Below, in pieces: positions 24,776 to 36,170 of a stretch of 64,000 bases of DNA. Each line of letters starts with the position of its first letter. Position 1 is the first letter of the stretch. A model generated the notes under the pieces. That model did no database searches. It worked only from the letters and a program-made list of their open reading frames with translations, and was not told the DNA's origin. A program made the position numbers and the translations under genes. Source of the stretch: Octopus bimaculoides (taxonomy: Eukaryota); the NCBI RefSeq assembly GCF_001194135.2, contig NC_068987.1:1-64000 (forward strand), in the 5' to 3' direction.

Positions 24776-24927
24776 TGGTTGACGAAACCAGGACCGGATG
24801 AAAAGCTCATTAAAACATTTTGGTTACCCCCATTTACATTTAATTCAAAATGAAACAAAACTAACAGTTAGATGGAAAATGATGTTTATTTTTGTATACT
24901 TTCACTTTATTTATATTTGTAAAGTTT

Positions 24928-24937
24928 NNNNNNNNNN
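24928..24937. other. Assembly gap (10 N)
   Basis: Run of N. Confidence 1.
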
Positions 24938-25189
24938 AAATAGCAAGGTCTTGAGCAGTTCCTCACTGTGACCCCTTGAACACTGAAATTATATTTCCGA
25001 TCATATAAACCACTCCGAATATTATTTTAGCAAATTTAAAGTCATTTTTCATTTTTTGTGCTGCTCCCTCCCCACTTCCCTTGATGACCTAAGCGTATGC
25101 TCAATGGTTAATCCAGCACTGAGTATAACTAGTAAAATATTATCAATAATATATTTTACTACTGTTGCATTACCAGTAAAATATATCAA

Positions 25190-25920
25190 AAATGCATTTT
25201 ACATGGTGAAAATATTATCTCGCATTAGGCTGACCACCAAGTTGATGGTGTACCAAACAGTTGTACAGCCTGCATGGGCAGTAGCATTACTGACACCTGT
25301 GAGACTTGGATGGTTTACAAACACCATGCCAGAAAGCTAAACTGCTTCCACATGAACTAGCTGAAGAAGCTGTTGAAAGTCATCTGATAAAACAGAGTCT
25401 CAGACATAGAGGTCCTCTCTTGAACTGATCTTCCAAGCATTTAGACACTGCTGAAGAAAGGCTAAGTCAGATGGGCAGATCACCATGTTTGTATTCCTGA
25501 CATACAACTCCCCAAAAGACTGTTTTACAGTAATCTGGCAGAAGTCAAGTGCATGCAAGGAGAATAGAAAAAGTGCTTCAAGAACACACTCAAAGCCTGA
25601 CTGAAGTTCTTTGAGACCAACCCCAAAACTTGGGAAGCACAAGCATCAGACTGCCCTGCCAGGCAAAACTGTATCAATAGAGGTGTCACCTCCTAAAGCC
25701 AGAACAGGATTGCAGAGGCACAAAGAGAAGGAAAAAAAAAACACAAACAACAGGAGTCCAGACCTGACTGCTTGCCTTCAGTCCTGGCAGACCACCAGTG
25801 CCTGGCCTGTGGCAGAGCCTTGTCTAAGCATGCATTGGGTTGATAGGCCACAGCCAGACTCACCATGTCCTATCGTCTTCTGCCATTGATGTCCTTGGTC
25901 ATCGTTGACAACAGACAAAA
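25190..25920 (+). mobile_element. RTE/BovB-like LINE 3' fragment (a second RTE family)
   Basis: IRLTTKLMVYQTVV, CETW..Y..HARKLNCFH, PKRLFY and K.TLKA motifs by manual translation; short 3' tail. Confidence 0.75.
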
Positions 25921-28309
25921 TAATAATTATAATAGATGTCAGTTAAATGCTCAGTCTTGAGTCCATTCAAGAAATATTGGCATCTGAGTATCATATTAAA
26001 TAATTAGATACCATTAATAGGTATAGTACTGTGGAATTCTGAGATAAATCTCTTCATAAACTTGAGTTAAATACATTATGTCGGAATGAGATGAACATCA
26101 TCACTTCAGTGGTTCATGAGAAACAAACAGATGTGTTTCAACTTTGCTGAGTTTTTTCAAGACAACATGTTTTCTAACAATAGGTATACATTTAGTGTGA
26201 TACACAATTGGCAATTTTAGCTTAATGCTAACTCAGCTGCATAAAGTGAGTCTTTCTACAGACTGGCAAGCTCCTGCAATACCAGTGAATGTTTTTTTTG
26301 GTGGTGGGGGGGTTTCCTGTATATCAAGATAAAAATCTCATTTAAGTGGGTAAAAATTGAGTGTTTGGCATCGACAAACCTCAACAAAGGTGAACTGCAT
26401 TGGTTTTTCTCATGAGTCATGCAGCAACAATGTTCATCTTACTGATATATATTGCATTCTAACACAGTTCTATGAAGGGATTTTATCTTCAACAATTCCA
26501 TGGCATCGTACCTTCTAACAGTGTGTATACATTGCTACAAATGGTGATTTTACTTCACAACAATCTCCATTGCAATGCTGCCTCAACAAATTTCATCCAA
26601 CTCAGGAGAGCATGGGAAAGTGGATGTTAAAACGATGATGATGAGGATGACTGTGTATGTTTGCGTGTACATTTGTTACATCACATGAATATTGTAAACA
26701 AGCATCACCATTACAGAAACAACAAATTTCACTTCTAGTCTTCTATGAAAACCAAGTTTGGCCATGAGAAAATATGACCTTGCTTGGAAACAAGCAAGGG
26801 TAGGTGAAAGGAAAGGCATCTGGCTATTGAAAATCAATGAAATTCGACTCCTGCAAATATAAAAAAATGGATGTTAAAATGATAATCAGAAGGAGGAGGA
26901 AGAGGAAGAGATCCGGAAGAAACGGTCGATGTGTTGCTATTGTAAATTAATAATGTATTTTTGTTAAAAACACATTATAACAAGTACATCAGGCCAACAA
27001 AATACACAGAAAATAGATAGAATTTTTATTTTTTTGCTTATTCTTTGTGGTGGTGGGGAGTTGTATATTATTTCAATACTGTAAGGAGTTTATAAGTCAA
27101 AAATGGTCTCTAGTTCTAATCGTAATGTGAATGTTTCTGTGCATTGGTTTATGTTACCTCACAGAATTAAGCTAAAGTGAGAGAGAGACACAGAGTTTGA
27201 GTGTTCTTGCAGTTGCTTGAAGGCAAGCTAATGTGTGGTGGTGAGGAGAGGGGCAATGAATGTGTATAAATGGCTGGTGAATCTAAGCATTAATTAAGGC
27301 AGCTAATCTAATGAAATTGAACTAATGGGTTCTGTTTTATTTTTAATAGGACACTCTAGGGAATAGTTCCTTGAGAACTTGGTGAGCTGATAGGCCAGTT
27401 GTAGTCAATGAAAAATCTCAAAGTGAATTTGTTAGATTGACTGACTTGTAGAACTGTGGCAGCTGGCTGCAAAATTTTGTGGCTAGGCTGTGCAATGTTC
27501 CCATATAAAACCAAATCACAATATTAAGTTTACAATGACTCACATGTATTTGCATAAAGGTATTAAAAAGATTACTTGCTGGGAATGTTGAGTTGAATGC
27601 CACGAGTGTGTCTATGTGCAAGAGAGATGAGAAAATAAATCTTCATATTTGATGAGATGATCTTTTAACAGGGCTGCCAATAAGCCAAAAATACCACAAA
27701 CCTCTTTGCCAAGGTCCTCTCTTCTCTCATTTGAATTTCCATGCATGTCAATTCATAACCATCATTTAGCATGAAACTATGAAATTTTCCATTACTCTTG
27801 ATACCTACTCAGATGTGATAGGAGAGCAAGATCCCTTGATGTTAAATGTCACTATCAAATACAGAAATCTGATATGTTGTGTGGTTTTGGATCCTAATTT
27901 CAGATGCTAAGTACTGTTATAAATCTTTTGGCACAAATTTATACTTGAAATAAATTTATCTGATGATAAGGACAGTGTGCTTAACAACAAATCAGATGCT
28001 GATATTTTTTAATTTCATCAAATGCCTTCAGATAATTTTCAGACCAGTTCTACTTTATATCCTTTTTTAATAGATTATTTAGTGGAACTCATGCATTTTT
28101 GGAATATAATTTTGGTAATAATTTGCCAGTCCCAGAAAGCTTGTAAGATCGCTATGTTTGTTGGAGGGAGCATATTCTTAATTGTGTCTGCCCTTGACAG
28201 ATCTGGTTGACGTCCATTTCTGTCAATGATTTGTCCTAAATTTTCGGTAAGAAAAATTCACTTTACTTCACTGAAAGTAAAGCCATAATCCTTAATTTTT
28301 TTTTTAACA

Positions 28310-28690
28310 CATACTTTACATGCTCAACATACTGATACCTGGATTCACTTTTAATGAGTATATCATCCAGCTATGGAATTGCAAATTCACAGTCTGCTAA
28401 TATTGCATTCACAATCATTTATGGTCCACTCCAATTTGTAGGTACGCGTCAGAGAGTTCCATTTTAGAAAATATCTTGCCACCATTTAACTTCACAAATA
28501 TGTCCTCTGGCGTAGGTAGCAGATATTTTAAGACATATCTGTTAAACCAATGGAAAAATCAGTAGACACTCTGATTTTATTATTCTTTTTTCTTAACATA
28601 TACAGTTGGTGATGCCCATTAACTATACTCCACTTTTTGGATAACTCCAGTTAGTTCTAGTCTCACTAAGTTTCTCTGTGGCATTGGAGA
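28310..28690 (-). mobile_element. Ty3/Gypsy RT fragment
   Basis: Minus strand: RLELTGVIQKVEYS*WASPTVYV, YLLPTPEDIFVKLNGGKIFSKMELSDAYLQI and LDDILIKS. Confidence 0.75.
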
Positions 28691-28919
28691 TATTTGTAGG
28701 AACTGAGCCATTAACCACAAAGTTCTTGGCAATGTTGGCAGCTTGTCTCACCGAAGTGTCAGATGATGCCTGTCAGGGCACTTGGCTTTCCCAATGCCTT
28801 AGCCTTGCCATCGCCCATGGTAACGCATGCCTTAGTAATGCAAGCTTGCTGGCTTGCTTCAGTAGGTTCCATTATACCTAGTGGTGTGTGTTCAGTTGCT
28901 GTGGTTAAAAAAAAAAAAA
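28678..28919 (+). mobile_element. CRE-clade non-LTR retrotransposon 3' end with poly(A)
   Basis: ORF 28678-28881 ALEIFVG.EP.T.KFL..LA..L...SDD...WLSQCLSLAIAHGNA resembles the CRE C-terminus (ET.G..G...FL...L.QR.S.A.QRGNA). An A-run follows at about 28908-28919. Confidence 0.6.
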
Positions 28920-29344
28920 CCCTCACAAATGGTCTCAATACAGTTTTAACTGAAAGATTTGAAAGAATTAGAAGAAAGTTCTCTGGTAATTTCCTTTCAT
29001 GTAAATAAATGATTTTATTAATTTGATAATTTGCCAACAAAATCTTTATAAAATGACAATGTTCTAGAACATGTACATGTTTATGTGTTATAAAGGACAG
29101 ATCTTCTCAAGCATATTGTCGGACACATCAAGGGCACAACCCATTTAAAAGTACCTTTGATGCGTCGGGTGATAATAATATGCTCAAGAAGACCTGTTGA
29201 GACAAGTAAAACCAAAATCGTTCTGGTGGCACATAAAATGCATTATCTGAACATGGTCGATGCCAGTGACCACTGACTGGCTCCCATGCTGGTGGAACGT
29301 AGAAAGCACCATTCGAACATGGCCGATGCCAGGCCCACCTGACT

Positions 29345-30150
29345 GGCTCATTGTGTTTAGTGAACCCAAATAATTTTGCACCATAGAATAGTAGGTGGAT
29401 ATCAGGGAGAACTTTCGCTGAAGAGAACTGGTTCACAAACAGAGTCAAACTCTCCAAGAGTTCAAGTCCAGCGTCACCGGCAGATAAGGAGATACCATCT
29501 TTGAGGTGTTGAGGCCAAAGGCCATCAATTCCCGCACCTGAACCAGCAGGGAAGGATGAAATTGCCTTTCTGATGTTATCAGAGGTGAAGACTAGTCTCA
29601 AGTAGTCTGGGGGATTGGGCCAGTTTAGTTGATTATCTGGGGGTGCTGATAGGTGCTTCTCTTTCAGGTGCCTAAGAGACTCAGAATTACATGGAGCAAG
29701 GGAGGATAGTGAGGAAAGGAGACGGCCGGCCTCTTTTATGTCAAATTCACTGAATTTGGCATTGACTGCATGCTTGAGGTTTATTGGTTGCCTGTTGGTC
29801 GATGTCAAATTGAGGTGAGAAGTGATCGGAGTGGACTCAAATAATTGTCTTTAGGTATTGGCTAGTGCAAGCATGGAGAGCAGTCAGGTGGTGAGCTAGC
29901 ATCGACCAACAGTAGAGGTCTAGCGCTGGAACTCAATCAACGAAGTGAGTTAGCAGAAGAAGCAGGGTATGTAACATTAGTTCCAATGGTTGGACTAGAA
30001 CGAAAGTCGGTGGTGGAGGGGGACGGTTGAAAGTTGTAGGAGTGGCGGGGTTGGTAGGGTAAGCGCAATTTAGCTGTTGTTTTTAGCATATCTCACGACC
30101 GTCTGATATCTTCCTTATTTTAAAATATTTTCGGTTAATTACTACAAGTT
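29345..30150 (-). mobile_element. CRE-clade retrotransposon fragment (pre-RT/RT N-terminal part), fused to an RTE-UTR/SINE-type repeat at about 29185-29345
   Basis: ORF 29128-29808: DIKEAGRLLSS..SLAP...L..LKEKH, IRKAISSFPAGSGAGIDGLWPQHLKD and LFYGAKLFGFTK match the CRE-type RT domain 0/1 pattern. Confidence 0.7.
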
Positions 30151-30633
30151 CTCTCAGTCACCAATAAGCAAGTTAACAAGCCTAATGGGTGTAGGAAGAT
30201 CTGTATTGAATGTTTTTAAGTATAAGCCTAGTTGGGGGTAAGGAGAATGTTTTACAGTATAAAAATGTGTCTTTAAGGAGTTATTGGTGAACGACATCAA
30301 GAACCAGTATACATTCTTCCGTGTCATCAGGAACATTGGTATTGTCTTGCAGCCCCCAAAAGAAACTTATGAAATCACTGATTTTCAGATATTTTACTGT
30401 CTTTTAAAAAAATGAATATATTGTGAATGAAAAAAACTAGATCCCCGTTTTTCTCGGCTGAACAGCGAAAACACGGTCGCACATTCACAAACATATAAGT
30501 ACACTCATTGTCTTTCAAGTCCACAAGCGAGTTGAACAGTAAAATCTCTCCCTCACACACATACATACATCTTTTCTGTTTTCACGAATCGCTTATGTTT
30601 ATGTATTTTTGTGTATGTGCATATGTAGGCGGG

Positions 30634-30706
30634 GGTAAAGAATGCGCACACCACCCGTTTTCGGCATAACCCTAACCCTAAATACAGGGTGTGCGTATTC
30701 TTTACC
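30634..30706. repeat. Small hairpin: 19-bp inverted repeats (1 mismatch) around a TAACCC-repeat core
   Basis: GGTAAAGAATGCGCACACC (30634-30652) and GGTGTGCGTATTCTTTACC (30688-30706), with CATAACCCTAACCCTAA inside. Confidence 0.8.
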
Positions 30707-31112
30707 TTTGTCCCCGAAAAGACAACCAGCACTTTCCAATCAAACGGGGCAGCGAGATCAATTATAACCGTGGAATATATAAAAATATCCTCGGTTACTT
30801 GAAATGCCGAAACGAAAATAGAATAGTTCACTAGTTCTTTTTTTTTTTCTCTCTGATAATTTTTTCTGCATTTCGAAATTCCTCCTGACTTTATACATCC
30901 TCACATGTTTTAATTAATGTTTAATTAATGGAGTTAGTGACCAATTTCTTCTAAGCTGCGTAAATCTTTTCCTCATAAAACACGTACTTTTAAAATGAAA
31001 GTATTGCTAAAACAGTAAGAGTATTTTTTTTTTTTATAATCTACAAACTTTTCTTTCTTCTTTATATCTTTTAAAAATTAATTTTTATCAGAAGCCCTCC
31101 TCATCTCTCTCT

Positions 31113-31660
31113 CTATCACATGACGAAAATTGACCAATGAAATCCGACCAACATCACAGCCTCATGCCGTCCATCGTAGTTTCATTGATGTAATTGTTGG
31201 ACACAGATGAAAATATTTGACTCTAATTTAACCGTCATCGAGATTTATATGTGGTATTTATTATTATTATGTTTTTTTTTCTTCTATTCAGTTTTTGTTG
31301 GTACTACTAAAGCAGCACGGTCCCGAACGCGCAGTCGCGCGTCCGTGCTAGCTAGTCGTGAGTTGTCGATCCTAGCCCTGACCCTGTCCCTAACCCTAAC
31401 TCTAACCCTATCCCTAACCCGCGTGTGTAAATGAATACATGTTTAGGGTTAGGGTTAGGGACAGGGTCAGGGCTAGGATCGACCACTCACGACTAGCTAG
31501 CGCGGACGCGCGACTGCGCGTTCGGGACAGTGCTGCTTTAGTAGTACCGTTTTTTTTTTTAATTTCATGTTCGTTGATATTATTTTCCTTTGATCTGTCA
31601 TAAAATTCCTAACATCCCCCTACCCTCCCCCTCAGTCAGGTTTCACTTTTGCGCTTAACG
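31113..31660 (+). promoter_or_regulatory. Putative promoter of gene 3, split by a hairpin element
   Basis: TCACATGAC-N6-TGACCAAT near 31116-31138 matches the gene 2 promoter. TAACATCCCCC...GTTTCACTT at 31610-31648 matches the gene 4 promoter. A candidate donor AG|GTACTA is at 32041. Confidence 0.55.
31300..31548. mobile_element. Young palindromic MITE-like element with telomeric repeats
   Basis: 101-bp arms (31300-31400 / 31448-31548) with 3 mismatches, termini GGTACT...AGTACC, CpG-rich, inner ends made of TAACCC/TTAGGG repeats. Confidence 0.85.
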
Positions 31661-32086
31661 ACGATCATCGATGGAATTTTGATGCGCAACCGCTGAGATT
31701 TATTTAGTTTCTGATGGGAGACCACGTAACCGAGTTTCTAAGATTGATTCTATGTTCTTGTTGCAGTGCTGATCTCTCGAGATGTGCAATTGATTCATCA
31801 ATTGAAAAAGTTGAGATGTTTCAGCATCTGAACTTTGTTATTTTTCCTACTCGCAGTCACGACGACGGGACCTGGACTGTGGTGCCCCGGGGCACATGCC
31901 GGACGAAACCCTTTCACGGTTCGTTTAAGAGCCTCTATTGCCATTGACTGCATCATTGTTATTGTTATTAGTCTTCATTGAATGTGGCCCTGCCTTTTTA
32001 GGTTTCGGCCAGTTTTTCAAATGAAAAAAAAAAAAAAAAGGTACTAATATCACTTAATCTGAAAGTGTATCTGTGGTTTGCAAATA

Positions 32087-33362
32087 TCAGGTGATCCCAT
32101 AAGTTCTGTCCGAATTTTGAATAAAGAAAACGAGTTATCAAATGTGATATTTAATTGGAATTTAATCGTCAGTGTACTTTCCCTGATTATCTATGACTTC
32201 CTTCCATCTATTTACAAGCTTTTTAATCCCATCAATGTAAAATTCTTTTGGTTTCAAAGTGAAGAACTCTGAAATGTCAGTTTCGACCTCCTTCTGGCTT
32301 GTGAAATTTATGTCCCCCAAATGATTCTGTAAACTACGAAACAAATGATAATCTGAAGGAGCAAGGTCAGGAGAATAAGGTGGATGAGGAATTTTTTTCC
32401 CAACCAAGCTCTTCGATCTTCTGTGGTGTGATCTTTGCAAGGGGTGGGGGGTCATGCATTGTCCTGATGAAATATCACTGGTTTTCGATTTACTAAAGTG
32501 GGTCTTTTTTTCTTTAAAGCTTGGTTCAAACGCTCTAATTGCTGACAGTAGACTTGAGCATTGATTGTTGAATTAGGTGGTAACAATTCAAAGTGAATTA
32601 CTCCTTTGCAATCCCACCAGATAGAGAGAAGAACCTTTTTCCCATGAAGTTGTCTTCTTGGTTGTGGTTGAGCCTTTTCCCTTTTACCAAACCACTGTTT
32701 ACAACGTTTAACATTTCAATAGAAGATCCATTTTGCGTCACCAGTCACAAGTCTATCAAAAAAGGGTGAAATGAGTTCGCGAGAATGGAGAGAAGAGCAG
32801 ATGTCAACTCAGGATTTGCAGTTGCTTTCAGACAATTCATGAGGCACCCATTTTTCCAAGTTGTTAAGATGATGATGAACAGGTGTATGGTTTGAATTAA
32901 GCTTTATTGCCAATTCTTCAACTGATAATGTAGGATTTTCTTCAAGTAATACCTCAAGGAGCTTATCATTAAACTCAACTGGACGTCTTGTGCGATCTTC
33001 ATCTTCAAGGCTGAAATTTCCACTTCTGAATTTTGTAAACCATCTTCTGCAAGTTCTTTCATTCAAGCATTCTTTCCCATAAACTGAGTATATGTTTCGA
33101 GTCGCTTCGGCTGCAGAGTTTCCTTTTTTGTACTCATTAAGCATTATGTGCCTTAAATGCTCTTTGGATACTTCCATGTTAGAAAGGGTTTTAATCAAAG
33201 AAATTTTAATTCTATTATTCTGTAAAATAATATTTCATTTGTTTAAATGTACACAAATGCATAAAAATAATTTTTTTATTCCATTAGACATTCTAAAATA
33301 CCATTAAATTTCATTCAATTTTAAAAAAGGTAAAATCAGACAGAACTTGTGGGATGACCTGA
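32087..33362 (-). mobile_element. Full-length (1276 bp) inactivated mariner transposon in the putative gene 3 intron
   Basis: TIR TCAGGTGATCCCATAAGTTCTGTCCGA and near complement, TA on both sides. N-terminal HTH plus WVPHEL (ORF 32809-33198) and HPPYSPDLAPSDYHLF (ORF 32162-32455); middle frameshifted. Confidence 0.93.
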
Positions 33363-33901
33363 TATGTTGACCATAATGTTAATAAATTATTGAGTAATGT
33401 TTTGCATCTATAGTTATCACTAAAGAAATCTTGTAAAATGTCCGTTGTTGAATCTCTCCAGTTCAAGTATCCCTTATATCTTACATTATTTTTCTATTAT
33501 TTCAGAATATCAGAAAGACTCAAGGAAGATGATGTACAGCTCAGTTATAACACTATTTATTTAAATCTATGGTGGAATTACTGAAATATTTTCTGTGTGT
33601 GACTATTACCAACATTCTATGTGGGAATCTATACGAGATAGTTTTGTATTCTAATGAGATATGGATGAGTTTACAAAGGAATGTGTCCCAGCCATGTATA
33701 TTGTCAAGTTGATGGAGAAACAGCAGTAGAAATACTTGTCAGAAGGAATCAAAAAATAAGGTCTAAGAAAAGAAAATAATGAAATATGTTGAGAGAAAAT
33801 TGATAGACAATGAATTGTAAGAGAAGCAGTCTAAAAAGTTTGATTTTCCTGGTGTGTTGAAAGAGTAAGGCAAAACGTCATACCAGTGTGATATCTTTAA
33901 A

Positions 33902-34963
33902 ATGTCATTCTCTCAAACAAACAATTTTATTCACAAATGCATTTATACAGGAGAAAAGCCATATTCCTGTGATATCTGCAATAAATTATTTTCTAGAGGT
34001 TTTGACTTAACAAGACACAAACGCATTCATATGGCACAGAGACCAAATCATTGTGATACTTGTGGTAAATCATTCTCTCTAAATGATCACCTAACTAAAC
34101 ACAAACACATTCACACAGGAGAAAAACCATATCATTGTGATATCTGTGGCAAATCATTCTCTCTGGATGATCACTTAACTAAACACAAACGCATTCATAC
34201 AGGTGAGAAATCATATAACTGTGATATCTGTGGCAAATCATTCTCTGGAAGTAGTGACTTAAAAAGACATAGACGCATACATACAGGAGAGAAGCCATAC
34301 CGCTGTGGTAACTGTGCTAAATCCTTCTCTGAAAAATCTAAATTAAATAAACACAAACGATTTCACACAGGTGAGAAGCCATATTGCTGTGACATCTGTT
34401 ATAAATCATTCTATGGAAGAGGCGACTTAACTAAACACAAATGCATTCATACAGGAAAGAAACCATATCATTGTGATATTTGTGGCAAATCATTCTGTGG
34501 AAGTAATGACTTGACAAGACACAAGCGAGTACATACAGGTGAGAAGCCATATCACTGTGATATTTGTGGCAAATCATTCTCTCTAAATGATCACTTAACT
34601 AAACACAAACGAATTCATACAGGAGAGAAGCCATACAATTGTAGTATCTGCAGTAAATGCTTCACTAGAAGCGGTGACTTAACTAAACACATACGCAGTC
34701 ACACAGGAGAGAAACCATATCACTGTGATATCTGTTATAACTCATTCTCTGGAAGTAATGACTTAAGAAGACACAAACGCATTCATACAGGAGAGAAGCC
34801 ATACCACTGTGATGCTTGTGGCAAATCATTCTCTCTAAATGATCACTTAAGAAGACACAAACGGATTCATACAGGGGAGAAGCCATATCATTGTGATATC
34901 TGTGGTAAATTGTTCTCACGAAATGATCACTTGACTAAACACAAACGAATTCACATTAGATAG
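33902..34963 (+). CDS. Poly-C2H2 zinc-finger ORF (gene 3): 12 intact fingers, ancestral N-terminus disabled
   Basis: 353-aa ORF. The upstream in-frame relic [31 protein letters not shown] (33803-33901) is homologous to the gene 2 leader. Acceptor TTATTTCAG at 33505. Confidence 0.85.
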   Translation: MSFSQTNNFIHKCIYTGEKPYSCDICNKLFSRGFDLTRHKRIHMAQRPNHCDTCGKSFSLNDHLTKHKHIHTGEKPYHCDICGKSFSLDDHLTKHKRIHTGEKSYNCDICGKSFSGSSDLKRHRRIHTGEKPYRCGNCAKSFSEKSKLNKHKRFHTGEKPYCCDICYKSFYGRGDLTKHKCIHTGKKPYHCDICGKSFCGSNDLTRHKRVHTGEKPYHCDICGKSFSLNDHLTKHKRIHTGEKPYNCSICSKCFTRSGDLTKHIRSHTGEKPYHCDICYNSFSGSNDLRRHKRIHTGEKPYHCDACGKSFSLNDHLRRHKRIHTGEKPYHCDICGKLFSRNDHLTKHKRIHIR

Positions 34964-35609
34964 AAACGATGCAGTGATTTTAACGGAGGAAATAACATAA
35001 TTACTTGCTGTCACATTCCTATAGGAGAGAAGACATATAACTGATATTTCTGGTAAATCATTCACTTGGACAAGTCACTTGACTACGTGTATGTTTTATT
35101 TGGAAGAGTAACTGTGTCAGCATCTAAAGTAATTCTCTAAGAAAACTAGCAAATATTAAATTGTGCACACAGGACAGAACCATGTGATAACAACTTCCCA
35201 GCACTGTTGTTTTATATAAACACTATTGTATCTAATAAAAGCATTCTTTGAAACAATTCCTCTGTATTCTATCTTATTTCCAAATAGTAGAAAAGATATT
35301 GATTTTATTTGCAGTAGTAGGTAAATAGGTAAGTAGTGTCTGAAATCAGGGATAACAACTGTACAGTACTTCTGTTCATATACAGTTTCCTCTTTAGTCA
35401 AAATTAGACTTGACCCAAAAGTAAATGACATGAAATTTATAAATGGAATTGTGGTGGACACGTCTGGAGTGTGATTGATGACACATGGCCAGAAAAGTCA
35501 AGAGATAAGATTTTAAGATACAAAAGGAAACATCTGATGACAAAATAACTTGAATAAATTCGACTAAAATATGTTGGCTTCCTTGAACTTGCTATAGTCA
35601 TGAGAAATG

Positions 35610-36170
35610 TTATCATCATCATTGAGCATTCATTCTTCATGCTGGCATGGGTTGGATGGTTTGATAGGAGCTGCTCCTGAGACAGCGACTATTTTACTTA
35701 CATTTTCATGTCTTCCCCAACACAGCAAACACCTGAAGTCTTGGTCCCTTGTCACCTCTTCTGTGAGGCCCAACGTCTGAAGATCCTTTCTCACTACATC
35801 ATCCCATGTCTTCCACGCCGTTACTTCACAATTAGAGTTTGGCCCTTCTTGATGCAGCTGTCCTCATCCATTTGCATCACATAACCATTCCAGTACACCT
35901 TTCTCTCTTGCAAACTACATCTGCTGCCTCATGTACCCAATTTTTTTCACACTCTGCCATACATGCACACTGACATTACCCGTCCAATGGAACATGTTGG
36001 CTTCAGTTCTTTCAAGCCTTCACATATCCTCTGCATTCAAAACTCGTGTCTCACTGCCATGTAGCATAGTTGTTCATATATAGGCATCATACAAGAGGCT
36101 CTTTGTTACTAACAGAAGTCGTAGCTCTCTGAACTTTGCCCTGCCCATTTGTTTTCTAGCATCTACACTA
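35610..36170 (-). mobile_element. RTE LINE 3' fragment
   Basis: Same 3' UTR/(CAT)n tail and decayed RLYDA/RWYGHV region as the 5.5-7.3 kb copy. Confidence 0.75.

Noticed and set aside
24780-24815. GAAAC...CGGATGA motif resembling a hammerhead core near the gene 2 promoter
   Set aside because: The motif order and stems do not fit any hammerhead topology.
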